Below are positions 14,122 through 26,428 of a stretch of 64,000 nt of DNA, one piece after another. This stretch comes from Mobula birostris. Its lineage: Eukaryota. The position numbers and the translations under genes are program-made. Numbering within the stretch: position 1 is the stretch's first letter; every line of letters begins with the position of its first letter. The DNA lies in the NCBI RefSeq assembly GCF_030028105.1, contig NC_092401.1:8528984-8592983 (forward strand), in the 5' to 3' direction. Under the pieces are notes generated by a model. That model was not told where the DNA came from. It saw only the letters and a program-made list of their open reading frames with translations, and ran no database searches.

Positions 14122-15999
14122 AAACTTAGGTTGTTTTCTTTGGAGTGGTGAGACTGAGGAGAGATCTGATAGAGGTTTATAAGATAATGAGAGGCCACAG
14201 ATAGAGTGGACAGAGAGCATGTTTCCCAGGGTAGAAACATCCAAAACCATTGCAAGTGAGAAGGGGTATGTGGGGGTAAGTTTTTTTACTCAGAGAGTGG
14301 TGGATATCTGGAATGCTCTGCCTGGTGTGGTGGCAGAGGCAAACACATTCGAGCCTTTTAAGAAACGTTTAGGTAGGCACATGACTGTGGGAAAGGTGGA
14401 GGGATAGGGCTATTACGTAGGTAGGAGGGATTAGTTTTGGGTGCTTTTGATTTGCTCTTTAGCTGGTTTGTGGGCTGAGAAGGCCGCTCTTGTGCTTGCA
14501 CTCTTCTATGTTCTAAATAAAAATAACGAGGTTGTGCTTGTGGAGCGTTCTGTAATCCCATAGTTCAAGGGAAAAAGTAATGGCACAGTGAGGAGTGAGT
14601 GACCATGAGGCGAAGTGGAGGGAACGTGGTAGTCATACTCTTGTTGTTTCAAAGGCTTCTACTCCTTGGTGGTAAAGGCCACAGAGTTTGAAAGGTCTTG
14701 CCAGATTAGCCTCAGCAAATTACACGCTGAAGCCGCTGTGTTACCAGTTGTGGAGTGACCGTAGTTTCGGTTGGATGAGCTCCCGATCCAAACCAGCTGC
14801 TCGGTCACGCTTGTTGACTAGTTACTTGCATTTCTTCCAGATGGCAGACATTCCACTGTGCTCCTGCTGTGTGCCGTAGGTGATGAGGAGAGAGGACCTC
14901 TTGTTCAGTTAAATTCCTCGTCAACTCGGACATCGATTGCAGGGAACTGGCGAATGCTCAATATTATGAAATGTGATTAGGTTTTGCTGTTGATGATGGT
15001 CATCACCTGGTTCTCGTGATCGTAAACGCTGCTTGCTACTTTGAAGTCCAAGGTCATTTATGGCCCAGATTATTTACACAATACAAGCGTGCTGGACTCT
15101 GGCGTGTGAGGGGCACTGGACAGGGCTCGAATGTGTTGCGAGTTCTGGACAGAGTGTAGACGTGCAAAGGTTTCAGAACACAGCCCGGCTGTCTGATGGG
15201 TTTTTGGAAGTATCATGGGAGTACAGGTATAAAATGAGACCTGGGTTCTCAATGTGGCACGGGTGTACGATGGGTCTGATTCACAGGACAGGTGCAAGAG
15301 GGTCTGGGTGTGGCACAGGCTTCAAATGAGACCCAGGTGCACGAGCCAACCCGGATGTGACCGAATGCACCACTGGTCTGGTGTGTGCTCACGTGTAGAA
15401 CATGTGCATGTGTGTTACAGTAAGGGTCTGGTGAATGCAGTACTCTGTGCAGACTTAAAGAGGATTGAACTGCAATTTCTGAAGAGACATTGTTACTCCA
15501 AGGTTAATAGAGGAGCCAGAGAGCTGTCTCTGCTCCACTGCCATCCTTTTAAGGAAGTTTAAGAATAAAGCAGGCCGATGTGAGGGAGGTCCTCCTGGAG
15601 CAGTCTTGAGGCACGTGCTGCCTCTGGTGGACTCTGCCGGTACTGCTGCCTTACAGCTGATGACTCATTGGCTGGAGCTGGATGAGATTTGCTTTGCTCA
15701 CGGTTAACGTGGTTTCTGCAGCAGTCTGAGGTATTTGGACCTGCTGACACCCGGCAGCTCACCGGCTAGCCATGCCAGGAATGTCGTATGAAATATGTGT
15801 CAGTGCAAGGATTCAGGGTACAGATGCGCTTTAAATACTCCAATTCGCTCACTCCATCACAAACATCCTGCAGCAGCAAAGCAAGAGCAGCTGAAATTAA
15901 AATCAGATAAAGAAATCAGAGCAAACGCAGGGAACTCGCTCTGCTTGGTCATCACAAGAGTATCTTCTTCTGTGGAGAGGCTTTCTGCACACTGGGACA

Positions 16000-16108
16000 A
16001 TGACATCCCCATTGTTGCTAACGCTCCTGGTCATCTTTCCCATTGCTTATCAACCAGCCAGGGGAAGCGGATCTCCAGAGAACAGGGATCCAATGCCGCA
16101 TCTGCCAG
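16000..16108 (+). CDS. PSPN: Persephin-like GDNF-family ligand, coding exon 1 (signal peptide)
   Basis: ATG at 16000 reads MTSPLLLTLLVIFPIAYQPARGSGSPENRDPMPHLP, a hydrophobic signal peptide. Strong donor CAG|GTAAGT after 16108; phase 1 matches exon 2. Confidence 0.8.
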
Positions 16109-17101
16109 GTAAGTAAAACTCACGCATTCAGTTTATCAACACGAGTTTCAAGATAGTGTGCGCACACACACACACACACACAGAGGCTGTCAGGGTAGTG
16201 TAGCAGTTTGCATGACGTTATTACAACTTGGGCGTCAGAATTTGGAGTTCAATTCCGTTTTCCTCTGTAAGCAAGTTCCCTCCCGTGTGCATATGGTTTC
16301 CTCTGGGTGCTCTGGTTTCCTCCCAAAGTCCAAAGACGTATCAGTTAGGTTAATTGGCCATTGAAAAGTGTCTCATGATTAGACCAGGGTTGGATCGGGT
16401 GATTACTGGGCGGTGCGGTACAAAGGGCTGTATCTCTAAATAAATATATATTTATAATTGAATGTCTGTTTCATAAAATAACCTGCACCAAGATTATTAA
16501 TCGTATAAAACATAATCCAAAGGAAGTTCCATTCGGGTGAGGCCACAGTACGGTTTTAGAGTCTATATCCAGTACTGGAAGGAACAGAGACCAGGTTCGT
16601 GGCTCCTGCTGGAAACACCTACTCAGGTGAACAGAGGGATCTGTTTCCACCCACACAGAGAACCTGGATTACATAAACAGGGCCTGGGATGTGATCCCAG
16701 TCAATGTTAAACTGGGATTCCCCCGTTTGTAGCTTTTGTCGGAAAGAGGCAAACTTCCCTGAAGTTTTACTCCGGTAATTTGCACCCGTGCTTCCTCCAC
16801 CACAACTTCAAATAAACTCCCATGACAGATTCATCAAACCTGGAATAAACAGCTGGTATCAGTAACGTGATCACAAGCCACGGGATTTTTATAAACAACC
16901 TGTCTGGTTCACTAATATTCTTTCAATACCTGGTCTAAAAAAACAGCAGACCCAGCACAGTAGCTGTGATTAGCTGCTCCCTTACTCCAGGAGTGGACAG
17001 ACATTAGTTTTGCTTGTAAAGGCTCTGCGGTTAGTGAATAAAACTTCTGATGAAATGGATGAAATGAAATACTGTATGAATTCATTTTCTGCTTTTGTCA
17101 G

Positions 17102-17580
17102 AGACGGGGGCGAGTACACTCCGACGATCCGACAGAGATCCAGATGGGGAATTCATCATTTCACCGTCCCCTTCATCGGTCTCGTCTCTCGAAGCTTCAG
17201 ACCCACAGCCGTATGCGGGGAGGTCGCGAAGAAAGCGGAAAATGTCCGTGACGAGGAAGGGAGAGGCGTGGGAGGAGAGGAGCTGCCGGCTGCGGGCACT
17301 GCAGCTGCGGGTGCAGGACCTGGGTCTGGGCTATCGTTCCGACGAAATTATCCTCTTCAAGTACTGCAGTGGCAGCTGCCCCCTGGCTCGCACCAACCAC
17401 GACCTCACCCTCTCCCTCCTCCTGCGCAAGGCCGACTTCCTCAACCTGTCCCGGGAGAAGATCGTCAGCGACCCATGCTGCCGGCCCACACAGTTCAAGG
17501 ATGTCAGCTTCCTGGACAACCAGAACCGCTGGCACAGGGTGGAAAAGCTGTCAGCTTCAGAGTGCAGCTGTATCGGGTAA
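17102..17580 (+). CDS. PSPN: Persephin-like GDNF-family ligand, coding exon 2 (pro-region, furin site, cystine knot)
   Basis: Pyrimidine tract and AG at 17100-17101. Furin-type RSRRKR followed by the 7-Cys GDNF-family domain (CRL...LGLGY.SDE...FKYCSGSC...NHDLTL...PCCRPT...FLD...LSASECSCIG*). Tail-to-tail adjacency to ALKBH7 favours PSPN over NRTN/ARTN. Spliced product 195 aa. Confidence 0.88.
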
Positions 17581-18408
17581 CCATTGCTGGCGGGAGGGGG
17601 GTGGGGTGGAGGGATTGTGAGGGAATTTAGGGAGACCAAAGTGGGAATCCAAACGAGGCAAATTCTTGAGCTGGTTGGGGGTGAAGAACAAAGGTCAGGG
17701 TGTGGGCATGAATGGAACCCCTTCCACAGGGTAACCGAAGATCCAAAAAGGTTGTGTTGGGGTAAATGACTGAGACCGGTCCCTGGGATAGTGGTTGAGG
17801 GGAGGGCTCAATATGGTGGAGATCTCTCTCTCTCCTGTGCATCTCCTTTCCATCCCAAGTTCCTCATCTCTCCAGGGTTGGGCTAGGTGCTTTGATACCA
17901 GCAGGCAGGCAGTTGGGAATATGTCAGCACGACCCTGAGCGGTTGGAGGGGTGGATCGCAGGTCCTACGTGCTGTTCCCACACTGCTCACACTCTGCAGT
18001 CACCGGCCCAAGGAACTTTGCACACAGAAACAGACAGACAGACACTTGAGATGTAACAGAGGAGGTGAATGAAGGAACTGATGCCTCATCGGACCGAGGG
18101 TTTCAGAGAGGGGATTGGGTGGGGGGGGGGCAGGTTGTGGTGTTCAAGGAGAGAATAAAGGAGTTTCAAGAAACATAAGACTTTCTGTTGCCTATTGAAC
18201 TGCCGCTAAGCTCGATGCTGTAAATACAGTAAGTATTTATACTGAACCTGGCGCTCTTTAACATTTCCATTATCTGTGACGAAGGTAATTCGATCTTTAG
18301 AGTGGGGCAGGGTGGGGGTTAGAGTAGGAGGTTGACTCAGTGACAAGCAGCTGGAGGCTGAGATCGCCGGTGGTTCGTATCGTCAGAAATATTTATGTAT
18401 CTAAATTA

Positions 18409-18418
18409 TTTATTTATT
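18409..18418 (-). terminator. Candidate ALKBH7 polyadenylation signal
   Basis: Overlapping TTTATT hexamers on the plus strand (AATAAA on minus), about 175 nt past the ALKBH7 stop. Confidence 0.55.
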
Positions 18419-18462
18419 TTAAAGAATGCTGTTAAAACGCTTGGACTTATTCCCTCTGTTCA

Positions 18463-18468
18463 AATAAA
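18463..18468 (+). terminator. Candidate PSPN polyadenylation signal
   Basis: AATAAA followed by GT-rich ctgttgtgt. Another AATAAA lies at 18154. Confidence 0.5.
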
Positions 18469-18592
18469 GACCTCTGTTGTGTCAGCCCAGAGTGTGATTA
18501 CTGTGAGCCAGTGTGAGAGTCGGGGAGAAATTGCCCAACAAAACCAAACAGCACAACTCACAAGCTGGATTAATTTATAAATGAACGTTGGT

Positions 18593-18758
18593 TTATAAAT
18601 TACCATGGGTATATGAGGGATGATCAGCTGACTCTGAGCTGATGGGCAGGTTCCTGCAAATTATGGAAATCCGCCGATCTCGAGGTACTTTCCGGCTTCC
18701 GAAGAAGGACTCCTCGTCTCTCAGGATCTGGTGGCTGAACTGGTATCGGGCAGCTCCC
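18593..18758 (-). CDS. ALKBH7: ALKBH7 coding exon 4 (terminal)
   Basis: [38 protein letters not shown]...*, with the distal His and the RISxxxR 2-oxoglutarate motif. Acceptor ttttacag. Spliced product 241 aa. Confidence 0.92.
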
Positions 18759-19309
18759 CTGTAAAACATACCCATGAAGAAGTATCTGTAGCTCCTTGTA
18801 ATCTCACCCACTCGTCCCACACCACACTCTCTCCCCTTTCCCTTCACACCCCATATCATCTTTCCCCTCTTCCATGTGCAAAAATGTACACACAGGTACA
18901 GAAACAGACCCACACACATTGAGACATACACACACAGACACACGTGCAGACAGAAAGACACACAAAGACACAAGACTTCTTTTAATAGATACAGCACGGT
19001 AACAGGCTTTTCTGACCCACAAGCCCCACCGCCCAGTTATACCCATGTGACCAATTAACCTCCTAACTGGTACTGTACATCTTTGGGATGTAGCAGGAAA
19101 CTGGAGTTCCCAGAGGAAACACACACAGTAACAGGGAAAACGTACAAACTCTTTACAGACAGCGGTGGACGTGAACCCAGGTTACTGCTACTGTAATAGC
19201 GTTACACTACTGTGCCCCCAAGTCCTCTTATCTCATTTCCTCCCCGCGTTGTCCCTCTACCGTTCCCACAAAACCCTCTTTTTCTTTCCTCCCATCACAA
19301 ACAAGAGTT

Positions 19310-19836
19310 ACTGGAAATCAGAGCAACACACACAAAATGCCGGAGGAACACAGCAGGTCAGGCAGCATCTAGGAAAAGAGTACAGTCGACGTTTCGGGCT
19401 GAAACCCTTCATCACGACTGGAGAAAAAAAGCTGAAGAGTAGATTTAAAAGGTGGAGGAATGGGTGAGAGAAACACTAGGTGATGGGTGAAACCTGGGGG
19501 TGGGGGGATGAAGTAAAGAGCTGGGAAGTTGATTGGTGAAAGAGACAGGAGGCCATGGAAGAAAGAAGAGTGGGGAGGAGCACCAGAGGGGGGCGATGGG
19601 CAGGCAGGGAGATAAGGTGAGGGAGGGAAAAGGGGATGGGGAACGGTGAAGGGTGGGGAGGGGCGTTACAGGAAGTTAGAGAAATCAACGTTCATGTCAT
19701 CAGGTTGGAGGCTACCCAGATGGAATATAAGGTGTTGTTCCTCCAACCCAAGTGAGGCCTTGTCACAACAGCGGAGGAGGCCGTGGATGGACATATCGGA
19801 ATGGCGGGAATGGGATGTGGAATTAAAATAGGTGGG
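19310..19836 (-). mobile_element. Penelope-like element 3' end
   Basis: FNSTSH...SDMSIHGLL...LEEQHLIFHLGSLQPDDMNVDFSNF*, plus the same 3' module (hammerhead motif at 19383-19420, C3 mutated). Confidence 0.82.
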
Positions 19837-19920
19837 CTCCATCATTTGTCCTCTTCATCCTCCCATTTCTCAATCATACCCCCACCCCCCGCCATACACA
19901 TAGCCCACTCTGCAGCTCAC

Positions 19921-20045
19921 CTCAGGACGTAAGCAGATCGGCGCTGCAGTAGCAAATCCACCCAGTCCTCACTGCTGTCTTCACTCACCAGCCGCATCAC
20001 ACTGCTCGACAGGAGGCACATGCCCGCAATCGTGTCCCCGCAGAA
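19921..20045 (-). CDS. ALKBH7: ALKBH7 coding exon 3
   Basis: FCGDTIAGMCLLSSSVMRLV...LLLQRRSAYVLR. 125 nt; AG acceptor and AG|GTGAG donor, phase 2. Confidence 0.92.
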
Positions 20046-20093
20046 CTTTGAGGGAGAGAGGGGTGTTGACATGTCAGCATATATGTCAGCAGG

Positions 20094-20690
20094 GATGTGA
20101 TGTTGAGGCTTTATAAGGGGCTGGTGAGACCTCACTTGGAGTACTGTGGGCAGTTTTGGTCTCCTTATTTAAGAAAGGATGTGCTGACGTTGGAGAGGGT
20201 ACAGAGAAGATTCACTAGAATGATTCCGGGAATGAGAGGGTTAACATATGAGGAACGTTTGTCTGCTCTTGGACTGTATTCCTTGGAGTTTAGAAGAATG
20301 AGGGGAGACCTCATAGAAACATTTCGAATGTTGAAAGGCATGGACAGAGTGAATGTGACAAGGTTGTTTCCCATGATGGGGGAGTCTAGTACGGGAGGGC
20401 ATGACTTAAGGATTGAAGGGCACCCATTCAGAACAGAAATGCGAAGAAATTTTTTTAGTCAGAGGGTGGTGAATCTACGGAATTTGTTGCCACGGGCGGC
20501 AGTGGAGGCCAAGTCATTGGGTGTATTTAAGGCAGAGATTGATAGGTATCTGAGTAACCAGGGCATCAAAGGTTATGGTGAGAAGGTGGGGGAGTGGGAC
20601 TAAATGGGAGAATGGATCAGCTCATGATAAAATGGCAGAGCAGACTCGATGGGCCGAATGGCCGACTTCTGCTCCGTTGTCTTATGGTCT
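20094..20690 (+). mobile_element. CR1 3' fragment
   Basis: Open ORF2 C-terminus 20097-20603 (LYKGLVRPHLEYC...FFSQRVVN) plus the CR1 3' hairpin tail. Confidence 0.92.
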
Positions 20691-23389
20691 CTATAGAGCC
20701 GTACACCTTCTCTCTCACTCATACACACACACAGAGTCAAAATCCATCAGCAAAAATTTTACAACAATTCTAACTGCATATTCGCCAACAGTGGGAACGT
20801 CAGTAAGACGCTTTGGTAGAACGAGCAGAGGTGATATAAACAAAGCTGCACTGTCAATGGGGGTGAATCAACAGAGACATGGGTGTGCGCAACAAGTCTT
20901 GAAATGGATAGAATAAGCTCGGAATTTTCAGCTCCATAAAGTGGGTAGTGCACTGGTTATCACAACGACTTACAGTACCAGAGACCCAGGTTCAATTCCC
21001 ACTGCTGCCTGTAAGGAGTTTTGTACGTTCTCCCCGTGACAGTGTAGAGTTTTCTCCCACAGTTCAAAGATGCACCGAACATCCAGTGAATGGTAGTTCT
21101 GTGGTGGAAATGCCTTGTTAATGAGAGAGGTCAGAGGAGAACGGCCAGGCTGCTTCAAGCTGACAGGAAGGCGACAGTAACTGAAACTGTTATAACAGTG
21201 ATATGCAGAAGAGCATCTCTGAATGCACAACACGTCGAACCTTGAAGTGGATGGGCTACAGCAGCAAAAGACCACCTACACTCGATGGCCACTTCATTAG
21301 GTTAGGGGGTTCCTAATAAAAAGGCCACAGAGTGTATATCCAAGGTAAAAGCAAATCCTATCTTCACCAGGAAACAAGAAGAAAAGATGACTGACATTAC
21401 TCATGGTAATAAGTCACTTCAGATTTATCCTGTGTTGACAAGAGAATATGGTGAGGCACCAGCATGAGCTCTGATGGCAATCCTTAAATCTTCCTTGGAT
21501 GTAGGGGCAATTTCTTCATAAGCAGAATTCCGAAGAAAGCAAGGAAGCACCTTTACTTCCTTCGGAGTTTGTGGCGATTCAGCATGACATCTAAAACTTT
21601 GACTAATTTCTATAGATGCGTGGTGGAGAGTATATTGACTGGCTGCATCACAACCTGGTACAGAAACACCAACGCCCTTGAAAGGAAATCCTACAAAAAG
21701 TAGTGGATACAGCCCAGTCCATCATGAGTAAGATAGTGGTGCCTTCAGACATAGCGGCCTTTTGGGGGCCAACCAAAGGTATTTTTTTCTTTGTTAAACT
21801 TTTTTTTTACAATCCCGAGACAATACTGGACTCCCAAAAACTTTGGGTACTGCTGGTCTAACCCATAAATAAGCTGCCCGTTGATAAGAGGAGCTAGACT
21901 AGGTGCAGACCGTGTTGCTGCCTGCTACTGAAAAGCATCGACGGCATCAGAGTCGATGTGCGAAGGCAGCATGCAGTGTAACCATGGGTGATTGTATTGA
22001 ATGTTTCTCTCACAATCACAAGAATCTGTTGGGCATTACCTGTTTCCCTTGTTTGGTGGTGTGACAGACAGCGAGGGAGCTGCGTGGCCTCGGTTGTAGC
22101 GAGGACTAGGCCTCAAGCTGTGGCCGTGCCTGCTGTTGCAGTCCAGGTGAGGAGACGCCGGAGGTGGTGTAGTGTGGCATCGTACTCGGTTGGGGGCTGA
22201 CCTTTCCTGTCAGTGCTGCCCTCCAGTGTTCGATCGGTAGAATGACTAGCTGGATCACCAGCATATGTCCGTCTGCGCACTGCCAGGAACTGAACCATCA
22301 CTTTGCAGGACATGTCACCAAGGAACTTGGGCTCATTATGGTTTTTTTTTTGCGTGACTGTGTGCGTGCTCGCTGTTTTGAATGTGCTGTGTGTGTTTTG
22401 CACCTTGGCCTCAGAGGAACACTGTTTCATTTGGTTGTATTCATGTATGGTCGAATGATAACCAAACCTGAATTTGATTTTGATTGGATTTGACTTGAGA
22501 AAAACCCTCTCTGCAACTGAGCACATGTACATGAAACACTATTGCAGGGAGGCAGCATCCATCATCAGGGACTCCCACCACCCAGAACACACTCTTCTCT
22601 TGCTGCTGCCATCAAGATGGTGGTATAGAAGCCTCAGGACTCACACACCAGGTTCAGGAACAGTTACTACCCCTCAACCATCAGGATCTTGAGCTAATTT
22701 TACTCGTCCCATCACTGAAGTGTTCCCACAACCTATGGACTCACTTTCAAGGACTCTTCACCTCATGTCCCTGACATTTATTGATTATTTATTTATTTAT
22801 TATTTCTTTATTTATTTTCATGGTTTCTTGTCTTCTGCACTCTAATTGAACAACCTTAGTTGGGCAGTCTTTCAGTGATTCTGTTATGGTTACCATTCAA
22901 TATATTTACTGAACATACCCACAAGAAAATGAATCTCAGGGTGGTATATCATGACATATACAGTATGTACGTTGGTAATAAATTTACTTTGAAATTTGAT
23001 CCTTGCGCATTGCAAAACTTAGGTCTTCAGTGTAAAGAGGAAAAGTCTAAATGAGGTAGAAACTACAATGAGGTTAACATCAGCAGCAGGCAAACATTGA
23101 GAGACTAATGCTCATGGCAGTAATTCTCAATGGAAAAAGAACTAATCACTAAAGAGTACACTGCACAAATTTATTGAAGGCATACTTGGTCTAAGCTAAC
23201 AATTGCAGTACTCATGGAGCTCCAAAATCATTTGATACAAACAGAAGAGCACCAGTGGACAATGTTGAGATAAGAATGCCAATACCTGAGGGGAAAAAAA
23301 AGGTCAAGGAGCAGTGAAGAGAATTGTTTCCAACTGGAGAGAGATGTTCAGATGCTAAAGTACTGGAGGAAGCCTAAAGACCTGTCCTC

Positions 23390-23812
23390 CAAGAGGACCA
23401 CAAGCTTGTCGAAGGGTCTGGAGGCTTGTGTGCCTCAATGACCTGGAGAGCTATGTTGGCCAGAGTCAGGGCTTTACGCTTTGGTTCTTGGTAGGGTCAC
23501 CCGTGCCAAACAGGTCAAAGGATAGAAGCTGGACTAAGAGTGGCCCACAGGTCCTCCAGGTTCGGGGTTTTAACTCAGGGCTAACAACCCTGACTGGTAA
23601 AATAAAACTGTTACAGAAACAGCAATGAAGAATCCTCCTACATCTGAGTGTGACAGTATTCCTGAGTCTCCACCTAGGACTTGCACAACCGACAGTGGTG
23701 AAAACCAAGAGGAAACTACTGACACGATGAAGGAAGCCCTGAACACTGTTGGAGATGGGGGAATTTCATTGCTGCCCTAAATACCAGCTGTGTAATGGCC
23801 AGTAATTAGTTG
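23390..23812 (+). mobile_element. Non-autonomous RTE-related element (5'UTR-like head plus RTE 3' tail)
   Basis: The head resembles recalled RTE/Expander 5' UTRs. The tail TTCATTGCTGCCCTAAATACCAGC..GTAA matches the RTE-type tail at ~12975-13030 (-). Confidence 0.55.
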
Positions 23813-24446
23813 ACTTGTAAGTAATGACAAAGTAGTGAACCAGGAATTCCTGCTAAACAGGGCAAACTGTAAGCCTGGCCCACTGGAGAACTGTATATAA
23901 TTCTGGCTCCACACTCAAAATATGCAAGGGCAATTTATTGAGATTTATTGCCAGAGGTTTCAGATGTGCAGACCCTCCTTAGAAGCTTATAGAGGTTTGA
24001 TGGCAGAGATAGGAGGCATCTTTGCAGTGAGAAGCAGAATTCAGTAGCAGCTGCATGCATATTTAAAAATAATTAGCAAAATAATACAAGGGGGAACAAG
24101 AAAAGTCTGTTACAGTGCAAGTTGCTCTGTTCTAGGGTGTGCTGCCCAAATATGTTATGGAAGGAGATCTCAACAAGGACTTTGAAGAATTAAATTAGGA
24201 AGAGAAAGTAAATGAAACTTTCCAAAGGGGCAACAAATATTTCTCTTAACCCCAGTGCCAACATTCTCCAAATAGACTGCAGAGATCAAACTCAACACAA
24301 GGACCTGGGCCAAATAGCCTGTTTCTGTGTTGTAATTTTCTGATTCTCAGAGTGGAAAAGGAAGGGTGGAAGAAAGAAGAGCCCAACATGCGGCACAACA
24401 AACTTGCGACTGACGGAGAGAACGTACAGCAGCCTCGGTCACTAAC

Positions 24447-24620
24447 CTTCACGCTGTCCACGTGGGGATTGATGAAGCCAGTCTTTTCAAGGTCCAACAC
24501 ATGTACCATTGAGAGCTGAGGCACACCTGGCAGGAAGGCAACATCTCGAAGCCGCTGCAGGACAGCTGTGTTCTGCTCAGTCCACTGGGACTTCTCTATC
24601 TCCCGATACCCATGGATTGC
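24447..24620 (-). CDS. ALKBH7: ALKBH7 coding exon 2
   Basis: AIHGYREIEKSQW...VHVLDLEKTGFINPHVDSVK, containing the HxD Fe(II) motif. 174 nt; donor AAG|GTTAGT. Confidence 0.92.
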
Positions 24621-24933
24621 CTCACATCAGTTAACATAGTAAAAAAAAATTCAGTTAAAACCCCGAACCATTTACAGGAGAATATTCTTCACAATGCAGT
24701 TAGCAGGGCAAAGTAGAGGCACAAGATGGGACTAGCAGCCAAGATTAAGGAAAATCTAAAGCACACTCCAAAGAGATGGCTACAATTCCAATATAAAAGC
24801 AAAGATATAATGCGGAGGCTTTATAAGAGATTGGTGAGGCCTCACTTGGGAGTGCTGCAAGTAGTTTTGGGCTGTTATTTAAGAAAAGATGTATGAGGAG
24901 CAATTGATAGCTTTGAGCCTTTAGTTGCTGGAA

Positions 24934-25470
24934 GTTAGAAACATAGAAACATAGAAAATAGGTGCAGGAGTAGGTCATTCGGCCCTTCGAGCCTGCACCG
25001 CCATTTATTATGATCATGGCTGATCATCCAACTCAGAACCCTGCCCCAGCCTTCCCTCCATACCCCCCTGATCCCTGTAGCCACAAGGGCCATATCTAAC
25101 TCCCTCTTAAATATAGCCAATGAACTGGCCTCAACTGTTTCCTGTGGCAGAGAATTCCACAGATTCACCACTCTCTGTGTGAAGAAGTTTTTCCTAATCT
25201 CAGTCCTAAAAGGCTTCCCCCTTGTCCTCAAACTGTGACCCCTTGTTCTGGACTTCCCCAACATTGGGAACAATATTCCTGCATCTAACCTGTCCAATCC
25301 CTTTAGGATTTTATACGTTTCAATCAGATCCCCCCTCAATCTTCTAAATTCCAATGAGTACAAGCCTAGTTCATCCAGTCTTTCATCATATGAAAGTCCT
25401 GCCATCCCAGGAATCAATCTGGTGAACCTTCTTTGTACTCCCTCTATGGCAAGGATGTCTTTCCTCAGAA
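24934..25470 (-). mobile_element. Young CR1 3' fragment (same subfamily as 57041-58060), nested in an older CR1
   Basis: Near-identical to 57041-57565. (TTTCTATG)n tail. Older plus-strand CR1 pieces lie on both sides. Confidence 0.92.
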
Positions 25471-26130
25471 GAATGGGTACGTGGAGGGTACTGAAACCTA
25501 TCGGATGTTGAAAAGCCTAGATAAGGTGAATGTGGAGAAGATGCTCCCTATGTAGGGGAAGGCACAAGATCAGAGGGCACAGCCTCAGAATAGAGGGATG
25601 TACTTCAGGACAGAGATGAGGAGAAATTACTTCAGCCAGAGGATGGTGAATCTGTGGAATTTGTTGTCACAGGCAGCTGTAGAAGCCAAGCCATTGTGTC
25701 TGAATTGGCATGGCCACTGAGCACATCTACATGAAGTGCTGTCAAGGGAAAGCAGCATCCATCATCAGAGATCCCCAACACCCAGACCACGCTCTTTTCT
25801 CGCTGCTGCCATCAGGTACACGAGCCTCAGGACTCGCACCACCAGTTTCAGGAACAGTTACTGCTCCTCAGCCACCAGGCTCTTGAATAAAAGGGGATAA
25901 CTACACTCAACTTCACTTGCCCCATCATCGAAATGTTCCCACAACCAACTATCTCACTTTCAAGGACTCTATATCTCATTATTTATTGCAATTTCTTTAT
26001 ATTTGCATTTGCACAGTTTTTTTTTGCTTTCTGCACTCTGGTTGATCTTTCAATGATCCTGTTATAGTTACCATTCTACGAATTTGCTGAGTATGCCCAC
26101 AAGAAAATGAACCTCAGTGCTGTATATGGT

Positions 26131-26428
26131 GTTGGTGCGTGGCCAAGTGGTTAAGGCCTTCGTCTAGTGAAATGAAGGTCGCTAGTTCGAGCCTTGGCTG
26201 AGGCAGCGTGTGTGTCCTTGAGCAAGGCACTTAACCACACATTGCTCTGCGACGACACCGGTGCCAAGCTGTATGGGTCCTAATGCCCTTCCCTTGGACA
26301 ACATCGGTGGCGTGGAGAGGGGAGACTTGCAGCATGGACAACTGCCAGTCTTCCATACAACCTTGCCCAGGCCTGCGCCCCGGAAACCTTCCATGGTCTC
26401 ACGAGACTAATGGATGCCTATTATTATC
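26131..26428 (+). mobile_element. Young tRNA-derived SINE
   Basis: A box TGGCCAAGTGG (26140), B box GTTCGAGCC (26185), (TAT)n tail, TSD ATATGGT (26124-26130 and 26429-26435). Inserted in a LINE 3' UTR. Confidence 0.85.

Noticed and set aside
15100-15400. Faint degenerate repeats (CAGG...AAATGAGACC.GG) upstream of PSPN
   Set aside because: Too decayed to define a unit or period reliably by eye.
17010-17639. Alternative-frame and antisense ORFs over PSPN exon 2 (similarly over ALKBH7 exon 1 and the WDR83 promoter)
   Set aside because: Shadow ORFs of GC-rich coding or CpG-island sequence, with no recognisable motifs.
26131-26200. Possible tRNA gene
   Set aside because: Has A/B boxes but no convincing cloverleaf, and continues into a SINE body with a tail and TSD.
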